Positions 18,101 through 25,908 of a stretch of DNA of 57,512 bases are shown here, piece by piece; within the stretch, counting starts at the first letter, position 1; each line of letters opens with the position of its first letter. A program made the translations under genes and the position numbers. A model generated the notes under the pieces. That model ran no database searches, had not been told where the DNA came from, and saw nothing but the letters and a program-made list of their open reading frames with translations. The stretch is from an uncultured virus (IMG/VR IMGVR_UViG_3300043438_001049) (lineage: Duplodnaviria > Heunggongvirae > Uroviricota > Caudoviricetes): the IMG/VR virus record IMGVR_UViG_3300043438_001049; one strand, given 5' to 3'.

Positions 18101-20993
18101 TTCCTGCTCCAAGTCTGTTCATATTAACTACGGTTCCTTCTGGAACTTGAACTCCATGGTATGTGCCTGCTGGAAGAGTTATAGTTGATGATCCAGTTAC
18201 TACTCTTTTTTTACTATTAACTCTTTCATCAATGCTGTAGTCTAAGATTAAACCTTGTCTTTTTGCCTCATCAAGAATTTTTCTACTTTCATCAGGTGTA
18301 GTTCCTAATCCCTTACCCATATTAAATCTATAGTCTGTTGCATACAGTCCTTGAGATTTTACATAGCCTGGGTCGTTTGGACTTATTATTTTTGGAATTT
18401 CTTTCTTATATAAATTGTCAACTATTGAATCATTTATAAATGGGCTTTTAGATTCTTGAATTGACTTTAAGAATGCATTATCTAGCGCTTGTGCCTGTAC
18501 TGCAGACATTCCAGATGGAGACCATTTGCCTGCTCCACCCTTAATCCATTCATCTATAAACTGTTGCTTAGGTACTCCACCAGTTAGGCTAGGCATTGCT
18601 TTATTCATCCACTCAGGGAAGTTGAACATAAGACTGTGCTTTGTTGTTGTTACTGGTGGCAAACCTTGTGATATTAGAACCTGTTCCATAGTTATAAGTT
18701 TTAACTTTTGATCGGGAGACATATTAGGATTGCTCTTAATAATGTCTGATATTAGTCTTGGCTCGCTGCGTCCGCCTACGTGTGTTTCATTAATTGCAAC
18801 TGATTTAGCATCTGTTGTTGCTGCTACTTCAGGAGCAAATGCTAATCCTTGAACTCTTCCGCCTGCAACCATGTGTGCAATGGCTGGTCTATTTGCTGGA
18901 TCCTGTGCTGATTGTTGAGGGATTACTGCTTCACCAGGAGTTAGGTCTGCGTTTACGCTATCTTTATTTCCAGTTCCTGGAACGCTTGTTGTTCCTTTAC
19001 CATATTTTTTAGGTGTAGGCAAGCGCTTTCCAGCACTGGGACCCGTAAATCCTATTTGTGCTGCAATGGCTCTTCTGTATGCATTTGCCAACATGTTAAC
19101 TGCTGCTGTTTCAGAAGTAAAGGTTTGTCTTAATCTTTGATGAACTTGATCAAGTGATGCTGCAACTGCTGATGCCTCTAACTGTTCTTTAGTTAAATAG
19201 TTTGTCTGCTCTCCTAATATTTGACTTGATTGACCCGTTCTGTTGTACATAGATTTTAATCCTGCAAACATTTTAATTATATTAGCAACAGCGTTTGCAA
19301 TCAAACCAAATCCCATTAAAAGAACTGGTCCAACACCAGCAAGAGCAACTGTAAGAATAGTTAAGAATTTTTTAGTACCATCTCCTAAGTTATTAAACTT
19401 GTCAAGAATTTTCCCAACAAACTCAACAATAGGGGTTAATGCTTTTAAGAATTGTTCTCCTACTGGAGCAATAGCCAATTTTAAATCTTCCATTGATTTT
19501 TTAAATTTGTATGTTGTTGTATTCTGAATTTTATCCAATTCTCGTTGTGACAAGATTGCAAGTTCTTCTGTAGTTGCTTTTGTTAATGATAAGACTCTCT
19601 GTGCTTGTGTACCCTGGGTTGTTACGTTTTGAAACAGTGTGGAAAGTCTTGAAAACTGGAACTTACCAAATAGTTGTTCAATAGCACGAGCACGGTTAAG
19701 TGGGTCAAGAGTATCAAGTGCTTGTGCGAACCCAACAACAGTTGCTTTAATGTCTCCTTGGTTGGCTTCAACAATTCCTTTAATATTTACGCCAAGTTCT
19801 CCAAGAAACTTGCTTGCCTTTGTTGATGGATTAATTAATGATGCAAGACCAGACTTAAGTGCGTTAGCGCCTTCGGATGCATTGATTCCACCTTCTTTCA
19901 TTGCTGTAAGGAAAAATGCTAAGTCTTCAACGTTTCCACCAAGTTGCTTAACAACTGGTCCAGCCTTTGGAATTGCTATTGTTAAATCTTCAATAGATAC
20001 TACAGTTTGGTTTTCAACTGCGTTAAGGAAATCAATTTTGTTTGCAAGATCTTCTGCTGCAACGCCAAAAGCGTTAGTTACAGAAATTGTTGTCTCTAAT
20101 GCCTGCGTTTGTTCTACTCCGCCAAGAACTGCAAGCCTTGTTGCCTGTACAACTTGTGCAACTAATTCTGCACCCATCTTGCCCATTGCTGCAGCATCTG
20201 CAGCCATTTTCATTGTGTCTTCTATTGCAACGCCATACTTAGTATATTCTGTTGCAAGTTTTTGAATTTGCTTAACCATTGCATCAGTTTCTGCTTGTGT
20301 TGTAAACATTTCTCCATACACACGCTTAAATCTAATTGCCTGCTCTTCAAGTTTCATGAATGTTTTTGAAGCAACTGTACCAAGCATTGCAAGTGGAACA
20401 GTAAAACCAACCATTAACTGACGTCCTGCCCACTGAGTATTCTTACCAAAGTTTAGGAGATTGGTTGATCCTTGTCTTAATAATTGATTAAGTAGTTGTT
20501 GTCTCTGTGCAGCAATGGCTGTTTGTGTGCCCAGATTTTTCATATCAAGCGTTAGAGGTCTTACCGCAATTGCTTGTAGTGCTCCATTGGCACCTCTGCC
20601 CATTTTTACATACTGGGTCTGTATATCTTTTACACGCTCTCGTGCAACTTTATTTAATGTTTCAAATTCAGATCTAAACAGTCTTCCAAAAGTTTTTGTT
20701 GCTGCTCCAGTATATCTAAAATATTCTCTAGATGTTAACTTGTTTCTTTCTAAAGCATTAGTAAAAGACTCTGTACTTGATGTTACTGTTCGCATAGATG
20801 CTTGGAATTTTCCAGTAGCATTTATGCTGTTCATCAAGTTCTGTGCTTGATTTGCTGCTACCGCTGAGGCTGCGGTACCAGACTTTGCCATTTGTGTATG
20901 GAAGGCTGATATTTGACGTTGTAGAAGTTTTAGACTTGCTAAAGCATCAGACGTATCAATATTTACATGAATATTGGATTCTACATCAGCCAT
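12126..20993 (-). CDS. tape measure protein with internal kinase-like cargo domain
   Basis: 2955 aa; TP901-type core (LNAVENQTVVSIEDL...ASEGANALKS...AIEQLFGK), Gly-rich hydrophobic segments, coiled coil; follows tail chaperones. Confidence 0.92.
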   Translation of the reverse strand: MADVESNIHVNIDTSDALASLKLLQRQISAFHTQMAKSGTAASAVAANQAQNLMNSINATGKFQASMRTVTSSTESFTNALERNKLTSREYFRYTGAATKTFGRLFRSEFETLNKVARERVKDIQTQYVKMGRGANGALQAIAVRPLTLDMKNLGTQTAIAAQRQQLLNQLLRQGSTNLLNFGKNTQWAGRQLMVGFTVPLAMLGTVASKTFMKLEEQAIRFKRVYGEMFTTQAETDAMVKQIQKLATEYTKYGVAIEDTMKMAADAAAMGKMGAELVAQVVQATRLAVLGGVEQTQALETTISVTNAFGVAAEDLANKIDFLNAVENQTVVSIEDLTIAIPKAGPVVKQLGGNVEDLAFFLTAMKEGGINASEGANALKSGLASLINPSTKASKFLGELGVNIKGIVEANQGDIKATVVGFAQALDTLDPLNRARAIEQLFGKFQFSRLSTLFQNVTTQGTQAQRVLSLTKATTEELAILSQRELDKIQNTTTYKFKKSMEDLKLAIAPVGEQFLKALTPIVEFVGKILDKFNNLGDGTKKFLTILTVALAGVGPVLLMGFGLIANAVANIIKMFAGLKSMYNRTGQSSQILGEQTNYLTKEQLEASAVAASLDQVHQRLRQTFTSETAAVNMLANAYRRAIAAQIGFTGPSAGKRLPTPKKYGKGTTSVPGTGNKDSVNADLTPGEAVIPQQSAQDPANRPAIAHMVAGGRVQGLAFAPEVAATTDAKSVAINETHVGGRSEPRLISDIIKSNPNMSPDQKLKLITMEQVLISQGLPPVTTTKHSLMFNFPEWMNKAMPSLTGGVPKQQFIDEWIKGGAGKWSPSGMSAVQAQALDNAFLKSIQESKSPFINDSIVDNLYKKEIPKIISPNDPGYVKSQGLYATDYRFNMGKGLGTTPDESRKILDEAKRQGLILDYSIDERVNSKKRVVTGSSTITLPAGTYHGVQVPEGTVVNMNRLGAGTTPVISQGTKAAKKAKVAAPPSAPQLLDLEKAMEHKEKLRAVAIEASQTAFGAKKPTNFGVQETQSSGRSNFMSTIGGVFTKPDGSKVFVKPMLSELDAIAEKRGTEIARAQGLLAPRQTIKTMIDPTDIDEPDVKKKRKIIVLESPYDSRFDPNTMPKTFTEKEYIKQLVASSLRGDKDLKKGNLGGNVVTDVGAAGVFDKASGTRSYSAGLPSMEAIAMHNLKGVSGPNANNSPFWFGNATADIPQNIQSADEYERKIKDEINRTLPKLRKTIDGFKLDAGDPAKKVYEDMYKRLQAGLNADWKKVYNFHRSILVKPDEVLEDKKGNLKPIPTKPNNGKLKSDSGSIKDTRLAPASVASSVRQGPKGRIVGKANAPGSKNATVNAILAGVKGSVAKAKAAGATIGKTISQSAAASSRTALYGTGSIDADAKSLRRQMEKRQRAEAKTQAKMAASRTKLYGMGPMDADAKSMRRQMERRTKLANSVAYQKRIISERAAAQFTPAPSVSGTPMGPSMANGKFETTKLQRLKNNRQNAKVAGKGGMGIAGGVGMAAGAAMIGSMVPGKVGEISQKLMMPLMGLSMIIPMLKSPASALAVGLLATVGSFAALRMSFDKAADQVLEEGEKFKGSTSALQTIAKFGGKTTASEQMDLRRKNSFAMLGAATGKTTYGEAYAQTAEGKALTARISKQNADGKGNVAVKDLGGQLSAAIMSGAMDMSQAKSLAMNAARQAGDMSIGIKVIAQLESLLGPNGENLVNDPLNVRINMVNANAKNMKTSADNVKNAGVLQQLAGQKVTQGLGIGASALGGAAAGAGIGTALGPAGTLAGAIIGAGIGTAVGAIGGYFASKKYAKEAAVLGATYAVDAKIAMEQNKQMLDSLDMYYQKKIEELRLQGKINEALELEKEYLGDKEKGKVGKRDQLTAAQAKMQGDIVSQYNSAGGLQEAMMSGMKKATTAKYKNDPNQLAYIDTVNQQSKNLRKDGLIDSGQEFLIQAKMASGDIPPAVFRSLLQMATDNKDMAPVMMKIITKFSGATSESIGVAAQNILDAKGTINKTVQTKFITRVEAFEKDSDALDFTKNIIKLNSLNTVIPSDVMVSYYTDKSKESQEAYASLNKMLDAIEGSKDLTAKIVYEIMPEVKGTAAFDEAYFNTLTEDQQKVYTTTISTLVNIPEPKIEASEDYKAWLKEPAPRGGQGVTGSLSYKIQKYTEAQGYKAVTDNLSVGVKAPVGGNTPADGNKVQSSPLDDLVKKLRDVRMNQIKVTEGWGASRKALDKLFGGNKTIDVFSGIENDLRGLGTSQDFIELIVGMDPKVYEQKKNSLFKFDNKKNIVGLKEDAKNIQEALNSITMGDWKSSMEADFKAIENQSTAFNKLANLGVPVAEAYQLISDKTLAAAIANGVNDKSLRTLISNYKLLTAAQEKSAAIQGVKTDIAQFKKNTIQEARLRSKYGAEDAFAISSDENLQSMESQIASQQSRLNKLIANGAPTAIIVKAQGELNDLIDDFTERLNQLKSTVEFMQGLFDKGFSNAMQAFDVQETALNIQFKIDTKSQNAVIKEAQNAIAAIQYEIDDKEAALKGIEEQEQKINDKYDERIKALDEVEKLNSSISNQQKGQLTLAEALTSGDISAAAKAVQDMRAQAAADAVTKQKDAVEKSREYELSRVKTQGGKTRLELEKEIKDLQDKIFKIEEEKLEPAQEFIRLRQIILDKDIEGLTVLGKTKDAWEAIKNQVDLALIKSAAFVDSMKLALETQAKLIAAYQAQPGNTSSNSGTTATQGPGPFVPDPKASTEGNKKAEDINKAALEKAADYAPAIAAAAFHPSANAAMENGIIGALSIASQIKAAAIAAAEAISVQNQASNLSRFKAKEAADLAAEQAAINAKGRVGRMNGGIIPKMFSLGGFAKGTDTVPAMLTPGEFIMSKYAVDTYGVDTMRKINNGESVGGAVYNNTYTLTVNAKTNANPNEIAQAVMSTIKQVDDRRIRGVSLNARN
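17160..17890 (-). other. protein-kinase-like (HipA/PI3K-type) domain within the TMP
   Basis: Gly-containing strand IGGVF, VFVKP lysine, AIAEKRG glutamate helix, catalytic loop GDKDLKKGNL and DFG-like TDVG in correct order. Confidence 0.6.
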
Positions 20994-21011
20994 CCATTAA
21001 CACCTCTTTAT

Positions 21012-21335
21012 TTAGTTATTTGCAAGGTTGCCAAGTAGTGATGCGTCAGAAAGTTTAATTCCTGATGCCTCTTCGACAATCTTGTATACTGTTGGAAGAT
21101 CTAGATTTTCTTCTAGGGCTTCCTTGTCTTCTGCCAATTCTGGCTTGTATTGTTTCATTGCGATTTGAACACAGTCCATTAACAAATCCATAGACTTTTC
21201 GTTATCTTCTGCGACCTTTGCAATGTCTTCAAACTTCTTCATAAACGGACGAAGTAGAGAAATCTTAAGTGGTCTTACCTTGATCTTTGTTCCATCGATC
21301 AGAGTTACTGTCTTTTCTTCAGTGGCGATTGCCAT
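21012..21335 (-). CDS. tail assembly chaperone, short (G-like) form
   Basis: directly upstream of TMP; AAGGAGG SD; homologous to the N-terminal half of 21391-22071. Confidence 0.75.
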   Translation of the reverse strand: MAIATEEKTVTLIDGTKIKVRPLKISLLRPFMKKFEDIAKVAEDNEKSMDLLMDCVQIAMKQYKPELAEDKEALEENLDLPTVYKIVEEASGIKLSDASLLGNLANN

Positions 21336-21361
21336 TTATTCCTCCTTATAAGGTTTAGTTA

Positions 21362-21370
21362 ATTATACCA
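21362..21370 (-). promoter_or_regulatory. extended -10 promoter TGGTATAAT
   Basis: intergenic, upstream of the SD-led short chaperone gene and TMP. Confidence 0.6.
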
Positions 21371-21390
21371 TAGCGCAGGCTTATTTCTGG

Positions 21391-22071
21391 CTATTCGGAA
21401 ACCTCATAATCAATACCCATGCCAATGCCAAACCCTGCTCTTTCAGCATTTACTCCTTGTAGGGCCAGAATATCATTTCCATTTCCTGTTGCACCCTTGC
21501 TAAATACTCTAGCCTTCATGTCTTCCCATTCATTACCGCTACCAGAATTTTTATCTAAATCTACACCTTGCATTGCTGCAGCAAACTTTTTATCACTGTA
21601 GTCTAATTCTCTTTTTATCTTTAGTGTGGCTGTTAGTTCTTGCATAGACATTGATGATTCTAACTGATCATAGTCTTTCCATATACCGATCAAAAAAACC
21701 TCTGACTCTAGTTTTGCCAAGTCTAAGGTTTCCCATGTTGATCCACTGTCAACTGCCTGATTTTTAACAGTGTCTTCTGACTTCTCATTAATTTTGATTC
21801 CCGCTGCAACATCAATAACATCATAGATAGTTGGTAAGTCTAGGCTGTCTTCTAAATCTTCAATAGTTTTAATTGATGGGCAATATTGTTGCATTGCAAT
21901 AAGAGCGCATTGAGCCAAAATAGATATTGATTCATCATCACTTTTTGCTTCTTTAATTTTTTCAAAGGTTTCTAAAAATTCTCTTAAGTATTTTATTTTT
22001 AATGGGGCAGCAATAATAACTCTATCATCTACTAGTGATATTTTTTTTGTTTCATATATTTTTGTTGCCAT
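21391..22071 (-). CDS. tail assembly chaperone, long (GT-like) form; start reassigned to ATG 22069-22071
   Basis: between major tail gene and TMP; MATKIYE start 6 nt after TGGTATACT; the longer ORF call starts inside a terminator hairpin. Confidence 0.75.
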   Translation of the reverse strand: MATKIYETKKISLVDDRVIIAAPLKIKYLREFLETFEKIKEAKSDDESISILAQCALIAMQQYCPSIKTIEDLEDSLDLPTIYDVIDVAAGIKINEKSEDTVKNQAVDSGSTWETLDLAKLESEVFLIGIWKDYDQLESSMSMQELTATLKIKRELDYSDKKFAAAMQGVDLDKNSGSGNEWEDMKARVFSKGATGNGNDILALQGVNAERAGFGIGMGIDYEVSE

Positions 22072-22077
22072 TATATA

Positions 22078-22086
22078 AGTATACCA
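22078..22086 (-). promoter_or_regulatory. extended -10 promoter TGGTATACT, leaderless layout
   Basis: 6 nt upstream of ATG 22071. Confidence 0.65.
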
Positions 22087-22090
22087 AACA

Positions 22091-22122
22091 GAAAGGCCCA
22101 ACCCCGAAGGATTGAGCCTCTC
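22091..22122 (-). terminator. intrinsic terminator after major tail gene
   Basis: GAGAGGCUCAAUCC-UUCG-GGGUUGGGCCUUUC hairpin with UUCG loop followed by UGUUU. Confidence 0.8.
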
Positions 22123-22137
22123 ATATATTAAGTTGTA

Positions 22138-22797
22138 TTATACTGCTGTTGCTAGTGTGCGGTCTACGATCTTACCGTATGACGCATTGTCGTTTGGAAG
22201 AAGACGGAATGAAACTTCAAACATTGAAGCCTCGTCACGCTTTGCAGATACTGTCACATTCTCAATTGATAGTGCACGGTATGCTACATAGATTCTTTCC
22301 TTGTTGATCGCTGCTGAACCAGATCCTGGTCCTACTGCTACAATACCACGCTCTAGTGGAACGTCACCAATATCTCCTGCTGACATTCTTAGTGTCGATA
22401 GGTTGGATGCTGTTGCGATTTCCTCATTTGATGCAATTGCTACTAGAAGATTTTCTAGTGTTGCTTCTGCAAAAGATGTATTTAGATTAACTGTCATACC
22501 CTGCTTGAATAAACGAGCAACGTCGAGAAGTTGATCTACTGCTACATCACCAAAGTCTGGCTGGAATGCGAGTTCCAAACCATTTGATGTGTATCCTATA
22601 TTTGTGTAATCTTCGTCAAGTGACAAAGTTTCCTTATAGGATGTTGTGGATGCTGTAAGTGCTGGAAGATCAGTGCTTGCTTGTGTATCAGTGATCGCTC
22701 CTGTTGCGTCTACATATCCGATTGGGCCTGAATCATGCGTAAATAGTGCTGCTGCACCTACGATGATGTTACTACTTGAACCACGGCTGTATGCCAT
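22138..22797 (-). CDS. major tail protein
   Basis: SNIIVGAAALF, IGYTSNGLELAFQPDF..V.VDQ, FAEATLENL motifs; strong codon bias; followed by terminator. Confidence 0.85.
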   Translation of the reverse strand: MAYSRGSSSNIIVGAAALFTHDSGPIGYVDATGAITDTQASTDLPALTASTTSYKETLSLDEDYTNIGYTSNGLELAFQPDFGDVAVDQLLDVARLFKQGMTVNLNTSFAEATLENLLVAIASNEEIATASNLSTLRMSAGDIGDVPLERGIVAVGPGSGSAAINKERIYVAYRALSIENVTVSAKRDEASMFEVSFRLLPNDNASYGKIVDRTLATAV

Positions 22798-22869
22798 ATT
22801 TTCACCTCTTTCATTTTATTGGAAGGGGGTTGTTTCCTCATGCTAATTATACTACCTCTTTATTATAAA

Positions 22870-23379
22870 TTAATTAGCATGCCAATCATAGTCTATGATG
22901 ATTTTATTCCCCGCATAGGTACGGGCTGTTCCAAAGTCAACTATATCTCTGGTTTCTTCTAGTTGGTAGATCTTAAAGTTATGGAAGAACATTGGCTTGG
23001 ATTCTAGGTTCCAGGATGTAGGATTTTCTGCTGCCCATTCATTTAAATCTTTTGCTGAGTCATCTCCATTATCCAGAAGGTCACTTACCTGCTGCTGGGT
23101 TATGACCATATTCTTTTGTGCGTCATCACCTACTGAATAAAAATAGTATAGAAGTTGCTCACATTTAATGTATGGGAATGGGGTTCTTCTCATCTTAAAC
23201 ATTCTGTCGTATACCCCAAATACCCCATTGCTTTGTGGAAATGTTTCAGTTAGTGCATCAATTTCTGTTGGAAGAGTTGGGAAAAAATATGTTGTTCCTT
23301 GACCACTAAACCCAGGATTTATTTTTTCTGCTAGATAGGCGTTAATAATTGTAGGTGGATGATGAATTAATGCAGACAT
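22870..23379 (-). CDS. putative tail terminator/completion protein
   Basis: position and size immediately before the major tail gene. Confidence 0.5.
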   Translation of the reverse strand: MSALIHHPPTIINAYLAEKINPGFSGQGTTYFFPTLPTEIDALTETFPQSNGVFGVYDRMFKMRRTPFPYIKCEQLLYYFYSVGDDAQKNMVITQQQVSDLLDNGDDSAKDLNEWAAENPTSWNLESKPMFFHNFKIYQLEETRDIVDFGTARTYAGNKIIIDYDWHAN

Positions 23380-24053
23380 TATACACCCACTCCTGCGTTA
23401 GCAATCCAGCGATATCCAGTTGATAGGCCTTTAGACTTGCCAATTCTTTTTCCTGCTGGCATATCTTTTTTATATACTTTTGGATTTTCAAGATACCTTG
23501 CAACTCCACTTGTTCTTAAAAACGCTTGTGAGAAATACTTATTAAAAAACATGTCAAAGACTTTTTCGAAACCGCCTTCTACTTCTGTTCCTCCAGGGTT
23601 TAAAATTTCAACAGGACCTCTTGTAAACACTGTTTCTCCGTTATCATCAAACGCTAATACCTGTGCGACTCTTGGTCTAATTGTAACTGGAATTCCTTCT
23701 TCCATGATTCTTGCTTTATCGTAGAACGGTGTACGTGATCCATCTTTAATAGATTTAGACTGACTAAAAGATGATCTAAAAGATAGTCCTAGATTGCTTG
23801 TTGTGTATGAAATATCGTATAGTCTTGCTTCTGGGCTTCCAGTCATAGTCCATTCGTAAACATGATGAAGCATTTGTGGATTAACTTTTGCGTTTGAGTC
23901 TATAAACTCTTTCATTATTTCTACTGTTTCCATTCCTAGAGTTTTTAGGAATACAGTCTTTCCTCTTTGGATACCCTCTAAAAATCCTACAGAATAATTA
24001 ACAATATTGTTCATATCTTTTTTAAATTGTTTTGAATTAAATGTTGTTATCAT
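23379..24053 (-). CDS. putative neck/tail completion protein
   Basis: position in head-tail joining block; basic protein. Confidence 0.5.
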   Translation of the reverse strand: MITTFNSKQFKKDMNNIVNYSVGFLEGIQRGKTVFLKTLGMETVEIMKEFIDSNAKVNPQMLHHVYEWTMTGSPEARLYDISYTTSNLGLSFRSSFSQSKSIKDGSRTPFYDKARIMEEGIPVTIRPRVAQVLAFDDNGETVFTRGPVEILNPGGTEVEGGFEKVFDMFFNKYFSQAFLRTSGVARYLENPKVYKKDMPAGKRIGKSKGLSTGYRWIANAGVGV

Positions 24054-24499
24054 ACATCACCTGATTGATTTTCTGATCTTCTTATTACTACTTTATAAGA
24101 TTCAATATTTCCAAATGGCCCTGTAAATGGTTCATAGGTTGCTAGTTCAAAAAGTGTTCCTTTGCCAGACCTAGGTCCTGATGTTTCCATATATATTAAG
24201 TTTCCTTCTTGGTCTTTAATATCTGTAATCAATATGTTTGTTAATGCGTTTTTGCTATCTAGCAAAGAAATTCTTATGTCAGATTTTACTCTTCCAACCA
24301 ATATCGAGTTTTGTGTTATGTTTACATTTGGCTTTACTTCTTCTTTAAATGCTGAACCTCCAGAAGAAAAACTGCAAGCAAAGACTCTATCAAGAACCCA
24401 TTGCTTTTTTATTGCTCCAAAATCACCCTGCTTAATTATTGGATGATAAACAGATGCTTGCATTGGAAACATAAAGTCTGGGGTTTCGCAAACTGTCAT
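24050..24499 (-). CDS. putative head-closure (stopper) protein
   Basis: 149-aa beta-rich ORF after adaptor; ATGA overlap with the next gene. Confidence 0.5.
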   Translation of the reverse strand: MTVCETPDFMFPMQASVYHPIIKQGDFGAIKKQWVLDRVFACSFSSGGSAFKEEVKPNVNITQNSILVGRVKSDIRISLLDSKNALTNILITDIKDQEGNLIYMETSGPRSGKGTLFELATYEPFTGPFGNIESYKVVIRRSENQSGDV

Positions 24500-25395
24500 T
24501 ATAACACCCCAAGTTTTGTAATAGACTTAGCATACTTTGAAAGTATCTTGTCTACAATTATATTTCCCGTTCCTTCGAAAAGACCCTTGTCAAATTGAAT
24601 TCTAAATTGATCTGTATTGTAAGAAGAAATAAATCTCTTGTAATAATCTAATTTGCCACACTCTATATCGTGAACAAGCATTTCTGTTGCTCTAACAATG
24701 TCTGATGGAACTGCAGTATATCCATGCTCAACAGTTACTAGATAATCCCAACCTCTTCCAAACCCTCTATAGATAAACTGAGGATCTAGGGAGTCAGATG
24801 CTGCTGCAGGCAAAACTAGTGGTGCTGATTCTGCTCTATTAATGTTGTCTGTTGACTTTTCAATAATTGCTGTCTTGTCTGACGAGACTTCGTATTCTCT
24901 ATCTTCTACTAATTTATTGTTTTCATATACCGTCAAAACTTTTTTAACATCATCCCAAACTGGAAGATAATCTGCTCCAGTTCCTTCAAAGTGTAAAACT
25001 TTTTTCTTATAATAAAATCCTTCTGGAATTACAGAATCTATTACCGCTCTTGCAATTTCTTCATTTACAGAGTATTTTGATATGTCTGATGCAGTGCTTG
25101 CTTTTGTTAATGGGTCAACGTATGGTCTTACAACTTCATAAGTCTCATCTTGAAGAATTGCTTCTCCAACTGCCCCAAGATTTTTAACAATCTCAACCCT
25201 ATAAGATGAATCATATTTACCTGGTAAAGATATGCTGAGATTGTTTCCTGATACCTTATTTAAAAATGTTAATGTTGATACTGAGAGATCCGCCATATCA
25301 GTTATATTAACAGTTATAGTTGATGATGTTATTCCCGCAGGAACTACAAAATTAACAGGTATATCTGAATACGGCGAAACTCTCAATATCTCCAT
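24499..25395 (-). CDS. head-tail adaptor/connector protein
   Basis: C-terminal HGYTAVPSDIVRATEML...VDKILSKY resembles gp6/gp15-like adaptors. Confidence 0.65.
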   Translation of the reverse strand: MEILRVSPYSDIPVNFVVPAGITSSTITVNITDMADLSVSTLTFLNKVSGNNLSISLPGKYDSSYRVEIVKNLGAVGEAILQDETYEVVRPYVDPLTKASTASDISKYSVNEEIARAVIDSVIPEGFYYKKKVLHFEGTGADYLPVWDDVKKVLTVYENNKLVEDREYEVSSDKTAIIEKSTDNINRAESAPLVLPAAASDSLDPQFIYRGFGRGWDYLVTVEHGYTAVPSDIVRATEMLVHDIECGKLDYYKRFISSYNTDQFRIQFDKGLFEGTGNIIVDKILSKYAKSITKLGVL

Positions 25396-25401
25396 CTTTA
25401 A

Positions 25402-25818
25402 TTATCCGAAAGCCTTCTGGATTTCTTCTGGTGTAGCAACTCTAACATGTGATCTAGTTAGCCACTTGTCTGCTTGCTTTTGTGTTACGATATTATATCC
25501 TCTGCTAAGAGTTCCAACTTCTTGCCAGTGAACGCTCTTTGTTGAGTGAAGCGCCACCTTTCCTGAAAGGTTTACATCTGTGTTAATTGTTTTACTTGCG
25601 CCGTCTGCTGCCATTGATCCAATAGCACCTGTCTCTGTAAAGCCTAGTGCTTGAACTGGCTCAACTACTGCTGGTGCTTCTACCACTGCTTCAACTACTG
25701 CTTCAACTACAGGTTCTACTGTAGGCTCTACTGCAACTTCTACTACTGGTGCTTCGACATAGTCATGCTCTTCTGCATTTTCTGCTGAAAACGGATTGTT
25801 ATAATTATTATTTTCCAT
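25402..25818 (-). CDS. hypothetical acidic protein after capsid gene
   Basis: E/V/A/P low-complexity N-terminus; GGAGG SD; upstream TGATATAAT at 25837-25845. Confidence 0.7.
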   Translation of the reverse strand: MENNNYNNPFSAENAEEHDYVEAPVVEVAVEPTVEPVVEAVVEAVVEAPAVVEPVQALGFTETGAIGSMAADGASKTINTDVNLSGKVALHSTKSVHWQEVGTLSRGYNIVTQKQADKWLTRSHVRVATPEEIQKAFG

Positions 25819-25853
25819 TGTATCCTCCTTGTTTGTATTATATCATTAAAGTA

Positions 25854-25892
25854 TTAAGGGGGACAGGAGAGTGAACTCCCGCCCCCCATTAA
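25854..25892 (-). terminator. intrinsic terminator after major capsid gene
   Basis: GGGGGGCGGGAG-loop-CUCCUGUCCCCC hairpin (with G-U pairs) followed by UUAAUACUUU. Confidence 0.75.
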
Positions 25893-25908
25893 AGGTACTG
25901 ATTACAGA

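Noticed and set aside
21336..21760. Programmed -1 frameshift between tail chaperone ORFs
   Set aside because: The ORFs do not overlap, the long one comes first, they are paralogous, and a separate promoter and SD lie between them
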